From: Mollicutes bacterium
GTDB taxonomy: Bacteria > Bacillota_I > Bacilli_A > RF39 > UBA660
NCBI GenBank assembly: GCA_004552445.1
Contig: SFOJ01000004.1
Location: 7,802 to 71,801, forward strand
Direction of reading: 5' to 3'
Length of the DNA: 64,000 bases
The translations under genes and the position numbers were made by a program. Positions 1 through 8,957 of this stretch are shown here, piece after piece. The stretch's first letter is position 1. Each line of letters starts with the position of its first letter. Below the pieces are notes generated by a model. It did no database searches. It was given only the letters and a program-made list of their open reading frames with translations, and was not told the DNA's origin.

Positions 1-388
1 CTCCTATTATATCAGAAATTTCCTCTAAACATTCAACCATATTAGAATATGCATTATCATAATATGGTATTTTCTCTTTTAAAAGAATTTGTTTATTAAA
101 CATTTCCACCACTGACTCTTCTTCATACATGTATTTAATAAAAACATCTTCATCATAGTAACTGATTGAACGTGCATGTAATAATTCATGTAAGATTTCT
201 TGCTCTAAAGTATTATTACTTATTCTTATATCACAACTCCATAACTTTCCAGCATTTTCATTATTTACTATTGAAATATTTTTGCTCCACTTACTTTTCT
301 TATTTGTATATTTTGATAAAGTTTTATTCATTTTATTTGCTAAATCTTTTATTTCATTATCGGTCATATATCTTCTATTATTGTCCAT
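1..388 (-). CDS. HExxH-motif protein (putative metallopeptidase), N-terminal part only; continues past the window start
   Basis: Own minus-strand translation from ATG 388-386: MDNNRRYMTDNEIKDLANKMNK...LEQEILHELLHARSISYY...; open to base 1, so absent from the ORF track; HELLH encoded at 176-190. Confidence 0.5.
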   Translation of the reverse strand, partial: MDNNRRYMTDNEIKDLANKMNKTLSKYTNKKSKWSKNISIVNNENAGKLWSCDIRISNNTLEQEILHELLHARSISYYDEDVFIKYMYEEESVVEMFNKQILLKEKIPYYDNAYSNMVECLEEISDIIG

Positions 389-402
389 TTGATAACTAGG
401 AA

Positions 403-792
403 TTATTGATTTAATATTTTCATTTTCAGTTTTGTTTTTTCTCCATAATTTGTATAGCTTTTACAATCAAGTGTTACATGTAATTCGTAGTTATCAATTG
501 TATTAATTAAGTTTTCCCAATATAAAGAATATGATACATTTTTTGTTCCAATATTTTTAACTGTTATAACTTTAGAAATTATGTCTCCTGGAACTGCATT
601 TTCAAATTTTAATTCTGTTTCATCTTTATATTCAAGTCTTAAGTCTCCTGTAGACATAACTATATCTTTTCCAGTTCCCTCTATTTGTAAACTAAAGAAT
701 GCATATGTATAACTAAAAATACTTAATAAGATTAGAGTTATGAATGATACTAAAAGTGTCTTTATTATATTATTTCTTTTCATATCCTTCAC
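403..792 (-). CDS. small secreted protein with TasA/camelysin-type (SipW-class) signal and N-terminal module
   Basis: TM anchor, then YTYAFFSLQIEGTGKDIVMSTGDLRLEY (AxFxS ... TGxL pattern of TasA/CalY N-termini); AGGTGAAGG SD before the ATG; paralogous to the N-terminus of 8958-10436. Confidence 0.6.
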   Translation of the reverse strand: MKDMKRNNIIKTLLVSFITLILLSIFSYTYAFFSLQIEGTGKDIVMSTGDLRLEYKDETELKFENAVPGDIISKVITVKNIGTKNVSYSLYWENLINTIDNYELHVTLDCKSYTNYGEKTKLKMKILNQ

Positions 793-840
793 CTACTATT
801 AAATGGTATACAATAATTTTTTTCAAATAAAAAGAGCTAA

Positions 841-1410
841 TTATACAAACATTGGCTCTTTTTCGAATTTTTTTTCTTCTTTGTATTCATATTCATTTAA
901 TAGAGTTATTTTTCCAGAAGATAGTGTTTTTGGTATATCTATTAATCTTTGATTAGAAGATCCTCTAAATAGAAGATTTAAATCTTTTTGTTCCAAAATA
1001 AATTTGCCATCTACTAGTACATCTATATAATGAATAAATTTATCATATGCTGGATTTTTCTTTGACATTTCCATTAATTCTTCAAATGTAAATCCAGTAT
1101 ATACCCATATATTTAGTCCTAAATTTTTGGCATATGCAGCTATTTTGGCACATTGTTCTGGTTGAAACATTGGATCTCCACCACTAAAAGTTATCCCTGT
1201 ATGATATTTAAGCTCACTTATTGCTTCACATACCATATCTACTGGAACAAGCCCTCCACCATTAAAATCATGTGTACCTGGATTTTGACATCCTTTGCAG
1301 TTATGTGAACACCCCTGAGTCCACACTACTGCTCTTAGACCTGGACCATCTACTATTGAATCAGTGGTAAGGTCTGCTGCTAAACGGATATAATCGCTAT
1401 TTTGTTGCAT
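841..1410 (-). CDS. nrdG: anaerobic ribonucleotide reductase activating protein (radical SAM)
   Basis: VWTQGCSHNCKGCQNP cluster motif, size, position directly after nrdD. Confidence 0.9.
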   Translation of the reverse strand: MQQNSDYIRLAADLTTDSIVDGPGLRAVVWTQGCSHNCKGCQNPGTHDFNGGGLVPVDMVCEAISELKYHTGITFSGGDPMFQPEQCAKIAAYAKNLGLNIWVYTGFTFEELMEMSKKNPAYDKFIHYIDVLVDGKFILEQKDLNLLFRGSSNQRLIDIPKTLSSGKITLLNEYEYKEEKKFEKEPMFV

Positions 1411-1555
1411 GAGTTACTCTATCGTTAACTTCTGCTTTTTTTGCATTGTTAAATCTGTCTAATGTTCCTACTAGGTATCCAGTAATTCTTCTAATTCTTT
1501 CGAATCCTACTCCTTCTCCTACAGTTTTTTTACTTTTTTTAATTTCCTTATCCAT
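1397..1555 (-). CDS. 52-aa free-standing glycyl-radical peptide (C-terminal NrdD module)
   Basis: Own translation MDKEIKKSKKTVGEGVGFERIRRITGYLVGTLDRFNNAKKAEVNDRVTHATK; RxxGY radical loop; AAAGGAAAGGAA SD upstream; too short for the ORF track; 3' end overlaps the nrdG ATG. Confidence 0.7.
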   Translation of the reverse strand: MDKEIKKSKKTVGEGVGFERIRRITGYLVGTLDRFNNAKKAEVNDRVTHATK

Positions 1556-1580
1556 AATATTTTATTCCTTTCCTTTTAAT

Positions 1581-3314
1581 TTATTTTGTAAAGCTTGAAC
1601 AGCTTCCATAACAATCTAAGCATGAAATTTTTTCCATTTCAATACCTTCGTTTTCATGTCTTCCACATCCTGGGCAAACATCTTTAATAACTCCAACATA
1701 TCCACAAACTGGATCTCTATCTACTGGGTGGTTAATAGCTCCATAACCAACTCCTGTATCATGCATTATTCTAACTACTGTTTCAAATGCATCTACATTA
1801 TTTACTGTATCTCCATCAAGTTCTATATAAGAAATATGTCCTGCATTTGTAAGTGAGTGATATTTCCCTTCAACTTCTAATTTGTGTTGAACTGATGTTT
1901 TATAATAAACTGGTACATGGAATGAATTGGTATAGTAATCTCTATCAGTAACTCCTTTAATTTTTCCATATATTGATCTATCTATAGCAACGAATCTTCC
2001 TGAAAGCCCTTCTGCTGGTGTAGCTAAGCAAGTAAAGTTTAGATTGTATTCTTCAGTATATTCATCACATTTCTTTCTCATATGACCTATTATTTCAAGT
2101 CCAAGTTTTTGTGCTTTTTCACTTTCTCCATGATGTTCACCAATAAGAGCTTTTAGTGTTTCAGCAAGTCCTATAAATCCTATTGAAAGTGTACCGTGTT
2201 TAAGTACTGTTCTAAGTTTAGTGGTACTATCCATTTTTTCACTATTTAACCATACACCAGAACCTAATAAGAATTTAAAGTTTGCTCTTGATTTTGAACA
2301 TTGACATTCAAATCTTTGAAGTAATTGTCCTTTAACTAAGTCCATTGTTTCATCTAATTCTTTATAAAATGCTTTCATATCAGCTTTATCACGTTCGCCA
2401 AGTGCAATACCATGTTTAATACCTAATCTTGGTAAGTTGATTGATGTAAAACTTAAATTTCCACGTCCTGGTGTAACTGATGGTCCACATACATTTGCTA
2501 ATACTCTTGTCCTGCATCCCATATATCCTACTTCTGTGTTATAGTCACCTTCTACATAATATTTTTTATTATAAGGTGCATCTATAAATGAGAAATTTGG
2601 GAATAATCTTTTAGCAGATACTCTGCATGCTAATCTAAATAAGTCATAGTTTTTATCTTCTTTGAAGTAGTTTATCCCTTCTTTAACTTTGAATATTGAA
2701 ATTGGGAATATTGGTGTTTCTCCATGACCTAAACCTGATTCAGTAGCAAGCAAATAGTTTTTAATAACCATTCTTCCTTCTGGACTTGTATCAGTACCAA
2801 AATTAATTGAACTAAATGGAACTTGAGCTCCAGCTCTACTATGCATTGTATTTAAATTATGAATAAATGCCTCCATAGCTTGGTATGTTGCTCTATCAGT
2901 TCTCTTCATTGCATTTTCATATGCACTTTCAAATATTTCTTTTAATCTAGTACTTTTAGAAGTAAATTCATCGAATAATTCTAAATCAATTTCTATACTA
3001 TCTAATTTATCTATAATATCTGTTACTTTATTAAAGTTAATTAGTTCTTTGAATCCCTCAAATTCTAAATAGTTATATATAGCTTGTTTAAATTCTTTTT
3101 TAAATGTTTTTAAAACTCCTGGTGCCATATAGTAATCAAATGCTGGAATACTTTGTCCACCATGTTGTTCATTTTGATTAGCTTGGATTGCAATAGCAGC
3201 AAGAGCTGAATAGCTTCCAATACTATTTGGTGTTCTTAAATATCCATGTCCTGTTGAAAAACCATTTTTAAATAATTTATTTAAGTCAATTTGCATACAA
3301 GTAGTTGTACCCAT
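1581..3314 (-). CDS. nrdD: anaerobic ribonucleoside-triphosphate reductase, catalytic core (no ATP cone, no Gly-radical tail)
   Basis: GTTTCMQIDL, QNEQHGGQS, zinc ribbon CPGCG-x14-CLDC at the end; reading frame stays open upstream of the annotated Met through IIHDLDFW. Confidence 0.85.
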   Translation of the reverse strand: MGTTTCMQIDLNKLFKNGFSTGHGYLRTPNSIGSYSALAAIAIQANQNEQHGGQSIPAFDYYMAPGVLKTFKKEFKQAIYNYLEFEGFKELINFNKVTDIIDKLDSIEIDLELFDEFTSKSTRLKEIFESAYENAMKRTDRATYQAMEAFIHNLNTMHSRAGAQVPFSSINFGTDTSPEGRMVIKNYLLATESGLGHGETPIFPISIFKVKEGINYFKEDKNYDLFRLACRVSAKRLFPNFSFIDAPYNKKYYVEGDYNTEVGYMGCRTRVLANVCGPSVTPGRGNLSFTSINLPRLGIKHGIALGERDKADMKAFYKELDETMDLVKGQLLQRFECQCSKSRANFKFLLGSGVWLNSEKMDSTTKLRTVLKHGTLSIGFIGLAETLKALIGEHHGESEKAQKLGLEIIGHMRKKCDEYTEEYNLNFTCLATPAEGLSGRFVAIDRSIYGKIKGVTDRDYYTNSFHVPVYYKTSVQHKLEVEGKYHSLTNAGHISYIELDGDTVNNVDAFETVVRIMHDTGVGYGAINHPVDRDPVCGYVGVIKDVCPGCGRHENEGIEMEKISCLDCYGSCSSFTK

Positions 3315-3325
3315 TGCCCAGAAAT

Positions 3326-3811
3326 CTAAATCATGTATAATTCTCTTGAAACTGTTGATCCAAAGTGAAGCATAGTTCCCATTGGTCCATCACCATCAAC
3401 ATTAGCATTTTCACGTTTGGCATTTTCTTCTCCAGCAGATTTAAGTCCTAGAGATTCAATAGCTTTTACAAACTTATGTTGTTGTTTAACTACAAATGCC
3501 TCTCTTGATGCATCTCTTCGTTCTCTATAGTTTTTAAATGAATCATAGACCTCGTTATATTTAAGTTTCTTTAGAACTTCTTCTATAACATCAGATACAT
3601 CTTCTACTCCGATAGTTTTTCTATCTTTATACTCTTTTCTAATTTGATCTAAAACTTTTTCTTTAACTTTATAGACGTTTTTTTCATCGTATTCTTCATA
3701 TACGCTATCAAAACCTTTCTTAACAGCTAAAGCTATTTTAGCATCATTAAAACTAACCCTCTGACCGCTTCTTTTGACAACAACAATGTCATCTAAAAAA
3801 TCCTTTTCCAT
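3326..3811 (-). CDS. nrdD: NrdD N-terminal fragment (ATP cone plus linker), separated from the core by a frame change
   Basis: VVKRSGQRVSFNDAKI ATP-cone start; ENANVDGDGPMGTMLHFGSTVS matches the NrdD ENANKD region; stops at TAG 12 nt before the core Met. Confidence 0.75.
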   Translation of the reverse strand: MEKDFLDDIVVVKRSGQRVSFNDAKIALAVKKGFDSVYEEYDEKNVYKVKEKVLDQIRKEYKDRKTIGVEDVSDVIEEVLKKLKYNEVYDSFKNYRERRDASREAFVVKQQHKFVKAIESLGLKSAGEENAKRENANVDGDGPMGTMLHFGSTVSRELYMI

Positions 3812-4038
3812 TAACTACCTCACCTTCACCGTTATATTTTTTATAACCATCTTAAGGATATCAAAATTCTATTTTTTTGTAAATGTTTTTTTTATAAAAA
3901 AATTAAAAAAATAAAATAGTTTACATTTTTAAAATTTTATTTTTTTAGGGTAAAAAAACATTATGCCTTTATTTACCTGACATAGATACTATTTCATAAT
4001 ATTTGTTCGCTTTACATATCATTAATTAGGTGGTTCTG

Positions 4039-4731
4039 ATGTTTGAAAAAATTAAAAATTTTATTAAAAATATTATGATTTTTACTACTAGTTATAGTCT
4101 TAATGTATTTGAGGATCCTCTTTCTAATGATGAAGAAGAATATTATATTAAAAAGCATTTAGAAGGAGATAAAGAAGCTCGTGCTAAGTTAATTATTCAT
4201 AATTTAAGATTAGTTGCCCATATAGTTAAAAAGTACGAAACTAAAGGAACTAGTGCTGATGATCTTATTAGCATAGGTACTATTGGGTTAATCAAAGGAA
4301 TCGATTCTTATAGTCCTAATAAAGGTGTTAAATTAACTACATATGCTGCTAAGTGTGCCGAAAACGAAATACTTATGTTCTTTCGTAGTAATAAAAAATA
4401 TAATAATAATATTAGTCTTAATGATGTAATTGCTCATGATAAAGATGGAGGGGATATAACACTTATAGATGTACTTGAAGAGCATACTGAAAGTTTAGAT
4501 AAAATAACTGAATATAAAGACAATATTAGAAACTTATCTAAATATTTAAATGTACTTAGTACTCGTGAACTTGAGATTATTAAAATGCGATATGGTCTTT
4601 TAAATACAAATCAAAAAACACAAAAAGAAATAGCTAAAAAATTACATATTTCAAGAAGTTATGTTTCAAGAATAGAAAAAAGAGCACTTATAAAAATGCT
4701 CCGTGAATTTATTCGTAATAATAATATTTAA
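4039..4731 (+). CDS. sigK: sporulation sigma factor, pro-sigma-K-like
   Basis: HNLRLVAHIVKKY, DLISIGTIGLIKGIDSY, ISRSYVSRIEKRAL closely follow B. subtilis SigK; AGGTGG SD 5 nt before ATG 4039 (the track's GTG 4030 lies inside the SD). Confidence 0.75.
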   Translation: MFEKIKNFIKNIMIFTTSYSLNVFEDPLSNDEEEYYIKKHLEGDKEARAKLIIHNLRLVAHIVKKYETKGTSADDLISIGTIGLIKGIDSYSPNKGVKLTTYAAKCAENEILMFFRSNKKYNNNISLNDVIAHDKDGGDITLIDVLEEHTESLDKITEYKDNIRNLSKYLNVLSTRELEIIKMRYGLLNTNQKTQKEIAKKLHISRSYVSRIEKRALIKMLREFIRNNNI

Positions 4732-4744
4732 TTTAATTAAAAAA

Positions 4745-4770
4745 AATGGCTAAAAAGCCATTATTTTTTT
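4745..4770. terminator. bidirectional intrinsic terminator between convergent genes
   Basis: AATGGCT-aaaa-AGCCATT hairpin flanked by an A-run and a T-run. Confidence 0.7.
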
Positions 4771-5351
4771 AATATTTTTCCGGTTACTAAACCATATTCT
4801 CTATTTTTAAATTCTCCATTAGTATCGATTTTTTCAAAGTTTCCGATTCTATTACCTATATAATGTCTAGTTAATCCAACTAATCCACCTACAAATTCTT
4901 CTCCTTTTATTTCAGCAAATACATCAACTGATTTGAATTCAGCTTCTTCTGTTAAACCAGCAATCCCTCCTACAAATGCATTTCCTTCAATTTTTCCATT
5001 GAATAATGAATCTTTTACATCTAGTTTTCCATTTACATGTCCAGCTAAAATTCCAACTTCAGTATTACCTTTAACATTTGCACTATCAAATAATATATTT
5101 CTTACATATAAGTTATTTACTTCACTAAACATACCTACTGAATCTAAATTAGAATCAATAGTCATATTGTAGATTGTATGTCCTCCACCATAAATAATTA
5201 CACTAGTATTTGGAATATTTATACTTCTAAAACTTTCAATATCTTTTAAATCTAAATTTCCTTTTAATATTATAATAACCTTACCACTTTTTACTTTTCT
5301 TATCTTTTCTAAATCTTCTATAGTTTTAATAACTATTACTTTCAAATTCAT
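4761..5351 (-). CDS. GLUG-repeat (beta-helix-like) protein without signal peptide
   Basis: Repeated G-N-x-x-VGGIAG / FVGGLVG units; no N-terminal hydrophobic segment. Confidence 0.55.
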   Translation of the reverse strand: MNLKVIVIKTIEDLEKIRKVKSGKVIIILKGNLDLKDIESFRSINIPNTSVIIYGGGHTIYNMTIDSNLDSVGMFSEVNNLYVRNILFDSANVKGNTEVGILAGHVNGKLDVKDSLFNGKIEGNAFVGGIAGLTEEAEFKSVDVFAEIKGEEFVGGLVGLTRHYIGNRIGNFEKIDTNGEFKNREYGLVTGKILKK

Positions 5352-5592
5352 TTCTTACCTTTCCTTTTTAATACAGTTTTTTAATTTAAAAAATTATATA
5401 ATTTTGGTAATCAATTTCTCCTTCTTAAAGATTAAATATTTAAAATATTTTCTTTCATATATCTCCTAATAATAATCATTATTAATCAATGATATATAGT
5501 CAAATTAATTCATTTGATTGGGCTTTATTATACCAAAAAACGTGTTATAAGTCAATTTAGGCACATTAAAAGCACTATTTCTAGTACTTTTA

Positions 5593-8500
5593 TTATTTAA
5601 CTTGTTTAATAGATACTTTCATATCATAATCATTGATTTTTAATTCTTCAGAAGCACTTTCGTCTTCATTAAGTGTAAGAGCTAATACTTCATCCATAAT
5701 ATAACTCTTGAATTCATTAACAGCATCTACTATTTCTTTAGGACCATTATATTTCATATCTATTCTATCAGAAATATCAAATCCACTTGTTTTTCTTAAG
5801 TTTTGTACTTTAGATACTATTTCACGAGCTATTCCTTCGTTGATTAAGTCTTGGTCTAATGTTGTATTTATAATAGCTGTTTTGTAATTTAACATTACTG
5901 CCTTATATCCTTCAGTAGCGTTTATTGATTTTAATACATAACTTGTATCAACATTATAGTCTGTACCATTTAAATTAATAGTTAGTGCATCATTTTCTAA
6001 CTTTTTACTGTCATCTTCACTAATATTATTTAAATATTCACCAAATGCTTTAATATTGCTTCCAAATACTTTACCTACTTCTTTAAAGTTTGGTTTATAA
6101 GTAACAGTTAAATATTTTGATAAGTCATTAGTCCAATTTACTTCTTTAACATTTAGTTCTTCTTTAAATAGACTTTCGAATTCACCAACTAATTCTTTAT
6201 ATTTCTCTTCGAATATTACTTCTTTGATTGGTTGACGAACTTTAATCTTAGCTTCTTCACGAATGTTTCTAGTATAACTAATTAATTCTATTACTAAGTC
6301 CATCTTTTCTTCTAATTTTTCATTTATTAATTTCTCATTACATTCTGGATAATCGCTTAAATTAACACTTAATTCGCCTGTTAATTTAGTATAAATTTCT
6401 TCACTAATAAATGGTGAGATTGGAGCAATCATTTTACATAATCCTACTAAAACATCATATGTAGTTTTGTATACTGCTTTTTTAGAATTATCTAGTTCAC
6501 TACCCCAGAATCTACGTCTATTACGTCTAATGTACCAGTTACTTAAGTCATCACATACAAAGTCTTGAATTAAATGTACTACTTTATTTAAATCATATTT
6601 ATCCATATTAGTAGTTACATTTTTAACTAGGTTGTTATATTTAGAAAGTAACCATTTATCTATATCCTCTAAATCTTTGTATTTAACTTCAAAAGTTCTT
6701 GGATCTACTTCATCTGTGTTTGCATACATTTCAAAGAATGTATATGTATTTTTAAGTGTATTTATAAATTTGGAATTAATATCTTTGATACCATCTTCAT
6801 CAAATTTTAATGGTGTCCATACTGGACTAGTATATAACATATACCAACGAGTAGCATCAGCACCATACTTATCTAAAACTGTAAATGGTTCGACTGCATT
6901 ACCTCTTGATTTATGCATTTTTTGTCCATATTTATCTAGTAATAAGTCATTAACTAATACATTTTTATATGGAGCTTTACCTGTTAAAAATACTGAAATT
7001 GCAATTAAAGAATAGAACCAACCACGAGTTTGATCAAGACCTTCAGCAATAAAGTCTGCTGGGAAGTGTGACTCAAAATATTCTTTGTTTTCAAATGGAT
7101 AATGATATTGAGCAAATGGAACTGCTCCACTATCAAACCAAACGTCTACTACATCAGGTATTCTTGTCATTTCTTTACCACAATCTGGACATTTAATATG
7201 AACGTTATCTACATATGGTTTATGTAAATCTATAGTTCTATCAATCTTTTCAGTTGCTTTTTCTACTAATTCATCTATTGAACCAATCATTTCTTTATGC
7301 CCACATTCACAAGTCCATAGTGGAATTGGACATCCCCAATATCTACTTCTTGAGATTCCCCAATCTTGAACATTTTCAAGCCAGTTACCAAATCTTTTTT
7401 CTCCTACATAATCTGGATACCAATTAACTTCTTTATTTGCTTTAACAAGTTTATCTTTGTAATCTGTTACTTTTATATACCAAGCTGGTTTTGCCATATA
7501 GATAAGTGGACTTTTACATCTCCAACAATGAGGATAATTATGTGAAAATTTTACTTTTCTAAATAATTTATCATTTTCTTTTAACCAATCAATGATTTCA
7601 ATTTCTAATTTAGAATCAGTTACTAATCTTCCTTTCCATGGTCCTTCAGTGTAACAACCAGTTAAATCTACTGGATTTAGCATAGGAATATTGTATCGTT
7701 GACATACAGCATTATCATCAGCTCCATAAGCAGATGCGATATGTACTACACCTGTACCATCTTCCATAGTTACATAGTTATCGCATGTAACATAGAATGC
7801 TTTTCCATCAGGTTTTAAGAATGGCATTAACTGTTCGTATTCAGTATATTCAAGATCTTTTCCTTTGAATGTTTCAATAACTTTATAATCTTCTCCTAAA
7901 ACTTTATCAGCTAGAGCGTGCGCTAATATAAACTTATATCCTTTACTTTCTACTTTTACATATTCTTCATCTGGATTAACACATAGTGCTACATTTGCAA
8001 TTAATGTCCAAGGAGTAGTTGTCCATGCAAGAAAATATTCATCTTTATTTTTTACTTTGAAAGATAAAACTACTGAATTTACATCTACTTCTTTATACCC
8101 ATCTGCTACTTCATGTGTACTTAATTCAGTACCACATCGTGGACAGTATGGAAGTATTTTATGACTATGATATACAAGTCCAGCATCAAAGAATTGTTTT
8201 AAAATCCACCATTCACTTTCGATGTATTCATTTTTAAATGTTATGTATGCATTTTCAGTATCAATGAATTGACCCATTCTATCGGTTAAACGAACAAATT
8301 CTTTTTCATTCATTCTAACATTTTTCTTACATTCTTCGTTAAATTTTTCTACACCATAATTTTCAATGTCTTTTTTGTCTTTAAAGCCTAATAATTTTTC
8401 AACATTTACTTCAGTTGGAAGACCATGAGTATCCCATCCTACTTTTCTATCAACTTTAAATCCTTTCATTGTTTTGTACTTACATACTGCATCTTTTAAT

Positions 8501-8691
8501 ATTTTAGCAAGCATGTGATGTACTCCGGGAAATCCATTAGCGTAAGCAGGTCCGTCATAGAATACAAAATTTTTAGCATCTTTTCTATTTTCAATTGTTT
8601 TATTTAATATATCTTCTTTTTTCCATGTTTCAATTTGACGTTCTTCTATTTCTTTAACATTTCCCTTTTCTAAGCTTTTAAATTTTTCCAT
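5593..8691 (-). CDS. ileS: isoleucyl-tRNA synthetase, long (about 1030 aa) form
   Basis: Class I aaRS motifs (GVHH in the HIGH position, KMHKS), WCISR-like WGISRSRYWG; GAAAGGAG SD before ATG 8691 (track start 8709 is upstream and in frame). Confidence 0.9.
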   Translation of the reverse strand: MEKFKSLEKGNVKEIEERQIETWKKEDILNKTIENRKDAKNFVFYDGPAYANGFPGVHHMLAKILKDAVCKYKTMKGFKVDRKVGWDTHGLPTEVNVEKLLGFKDKKDIENYGVEKFNEECKKNVRMNEKEFVRLTDRMGQFIDTENAYITFKNEYIESEWWILKQFFDAGLVYHSHKILPYCPRCGTELSTHEVADGYKEVDVNSVVLSFKVKNKDEYFLAWTTTPWTLIANVALCVNPDEEYVKVESKGYKFILAHALADKVLGEDYKVIETFKGKDLEYTEYEQLMPFLKPDGKAFYVTCDNYVTMEDGTGVVHIASAYGADDNAVCQRYNIPMLNPVDLTGCYTEGPWKGRLVTDSKLEIEIIDWLKENDKLFRKVKFSHNYPHCWRCKSPLIYMAKPAWYIKVTDYKDKLVKANKEVNWYPDYVGEKRFGNWLENVQDWGISRSRYWGCPIPLWTCECGHKEMIGSIDELVEKATEKIDRTIDLHKPYVDNVHIKCPDCGKEMTRIPDVVDVWFDSGAVPFAQYHYPFENKEYFESHFPADFIAEGLDQTRGWFYSLIAISVFLTGKAPYKNVLVNDLLLDKYGQKMHKSRGNAVEPFTVLDKYGADATRWYMLYTSPVWTPLKFDEDGIKDINSKFINTLKNTYTFFEMYANTDEVDPRTFEVKYKDLEDIDKWLLSKYNNLVKNVTTNMDKYDLNKVVHLIQDFVCDDLSNWYIRRNRRRFWGSELDNSKKAVYKTTYDVLVGLCKMIAPISPFISEEIYTKLTGELSVNLSDYPECNEKLINEKLEEKMDLVIELISYTRNIREEAKIKVRQPIKEVIFEEKYKELVGEFESLFKEELNVKEVNWTNDLSKYLTVTYKPNFKEVGKVFGSNIKAFGEYLNNISEDDSKKLENDALTINLNGTDYNVDTSYVLKSINATEGYKAVMLNYKTAIINTTLDQDLINEGIAREIVSKVQNLRKTSGFDISDRIDMKYNGPKEIVDAVNEFKSYIMDEVLALTLNEDESASEELKINDYDMKVSIKQVK

Positions 8692-8952
8692 ATTTATTTC
8701 TCCTTTCAAATAATAAAAAAAGAATGGTACGCAAGGAGTCTATAAGACGGTACCATCCCTTTATTTATCTTTATTTTTATAACGCAATATTTGCGTACCT
8801 ATCTTCTCCATAGGTAACATCAGAAGTGATTTATATATAATTTCATTTTCTAGTTTACACCAACCACTAGTTCTCTATAAAATCCATTATATAACGTCTT
8901 CCTCATTTGTTTTGAATGAACTAATTATAACACTAGTATTTTAGTTTGTAAA
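8692..8952 (-). promoter_or_regulatory. T-box leader (Ile) with promoter
   Basis: TTTACA(8947-8952)-17-TGtTATAAT(8924-8929); AGAGA, AGTGG, GGTG stem I elements; AUC-A specifier at 8828-8830; T-box AGGGATGGTACCGTC. Confidence 0.85.
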
Positions 8953-8957
8953 GTTTT

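Noticed and set aside
166-399. 77-aa plus-strand ORF from the track
   Set aside because: Low-complexity F/Y/L/I-rich translation lying antisense to a better minus-strand ORF with an HExxH motif. This is the typical shadow ORF of AT-rich DNA.
3812-4038. NrdR boxes upstream of nrdD, and a sigma-E/K-type promoter for sigK
   Set aside because: Only loose TGTAAA/TTTACA inverted words and a CATAGATA string were found. None is close enough to the consensus to call without a scan.
4039-4731. skin-like intervening element splitting sigK
   Set aside because: The sigK-like ORF is continuous from the pro-sequence to region 4.2.
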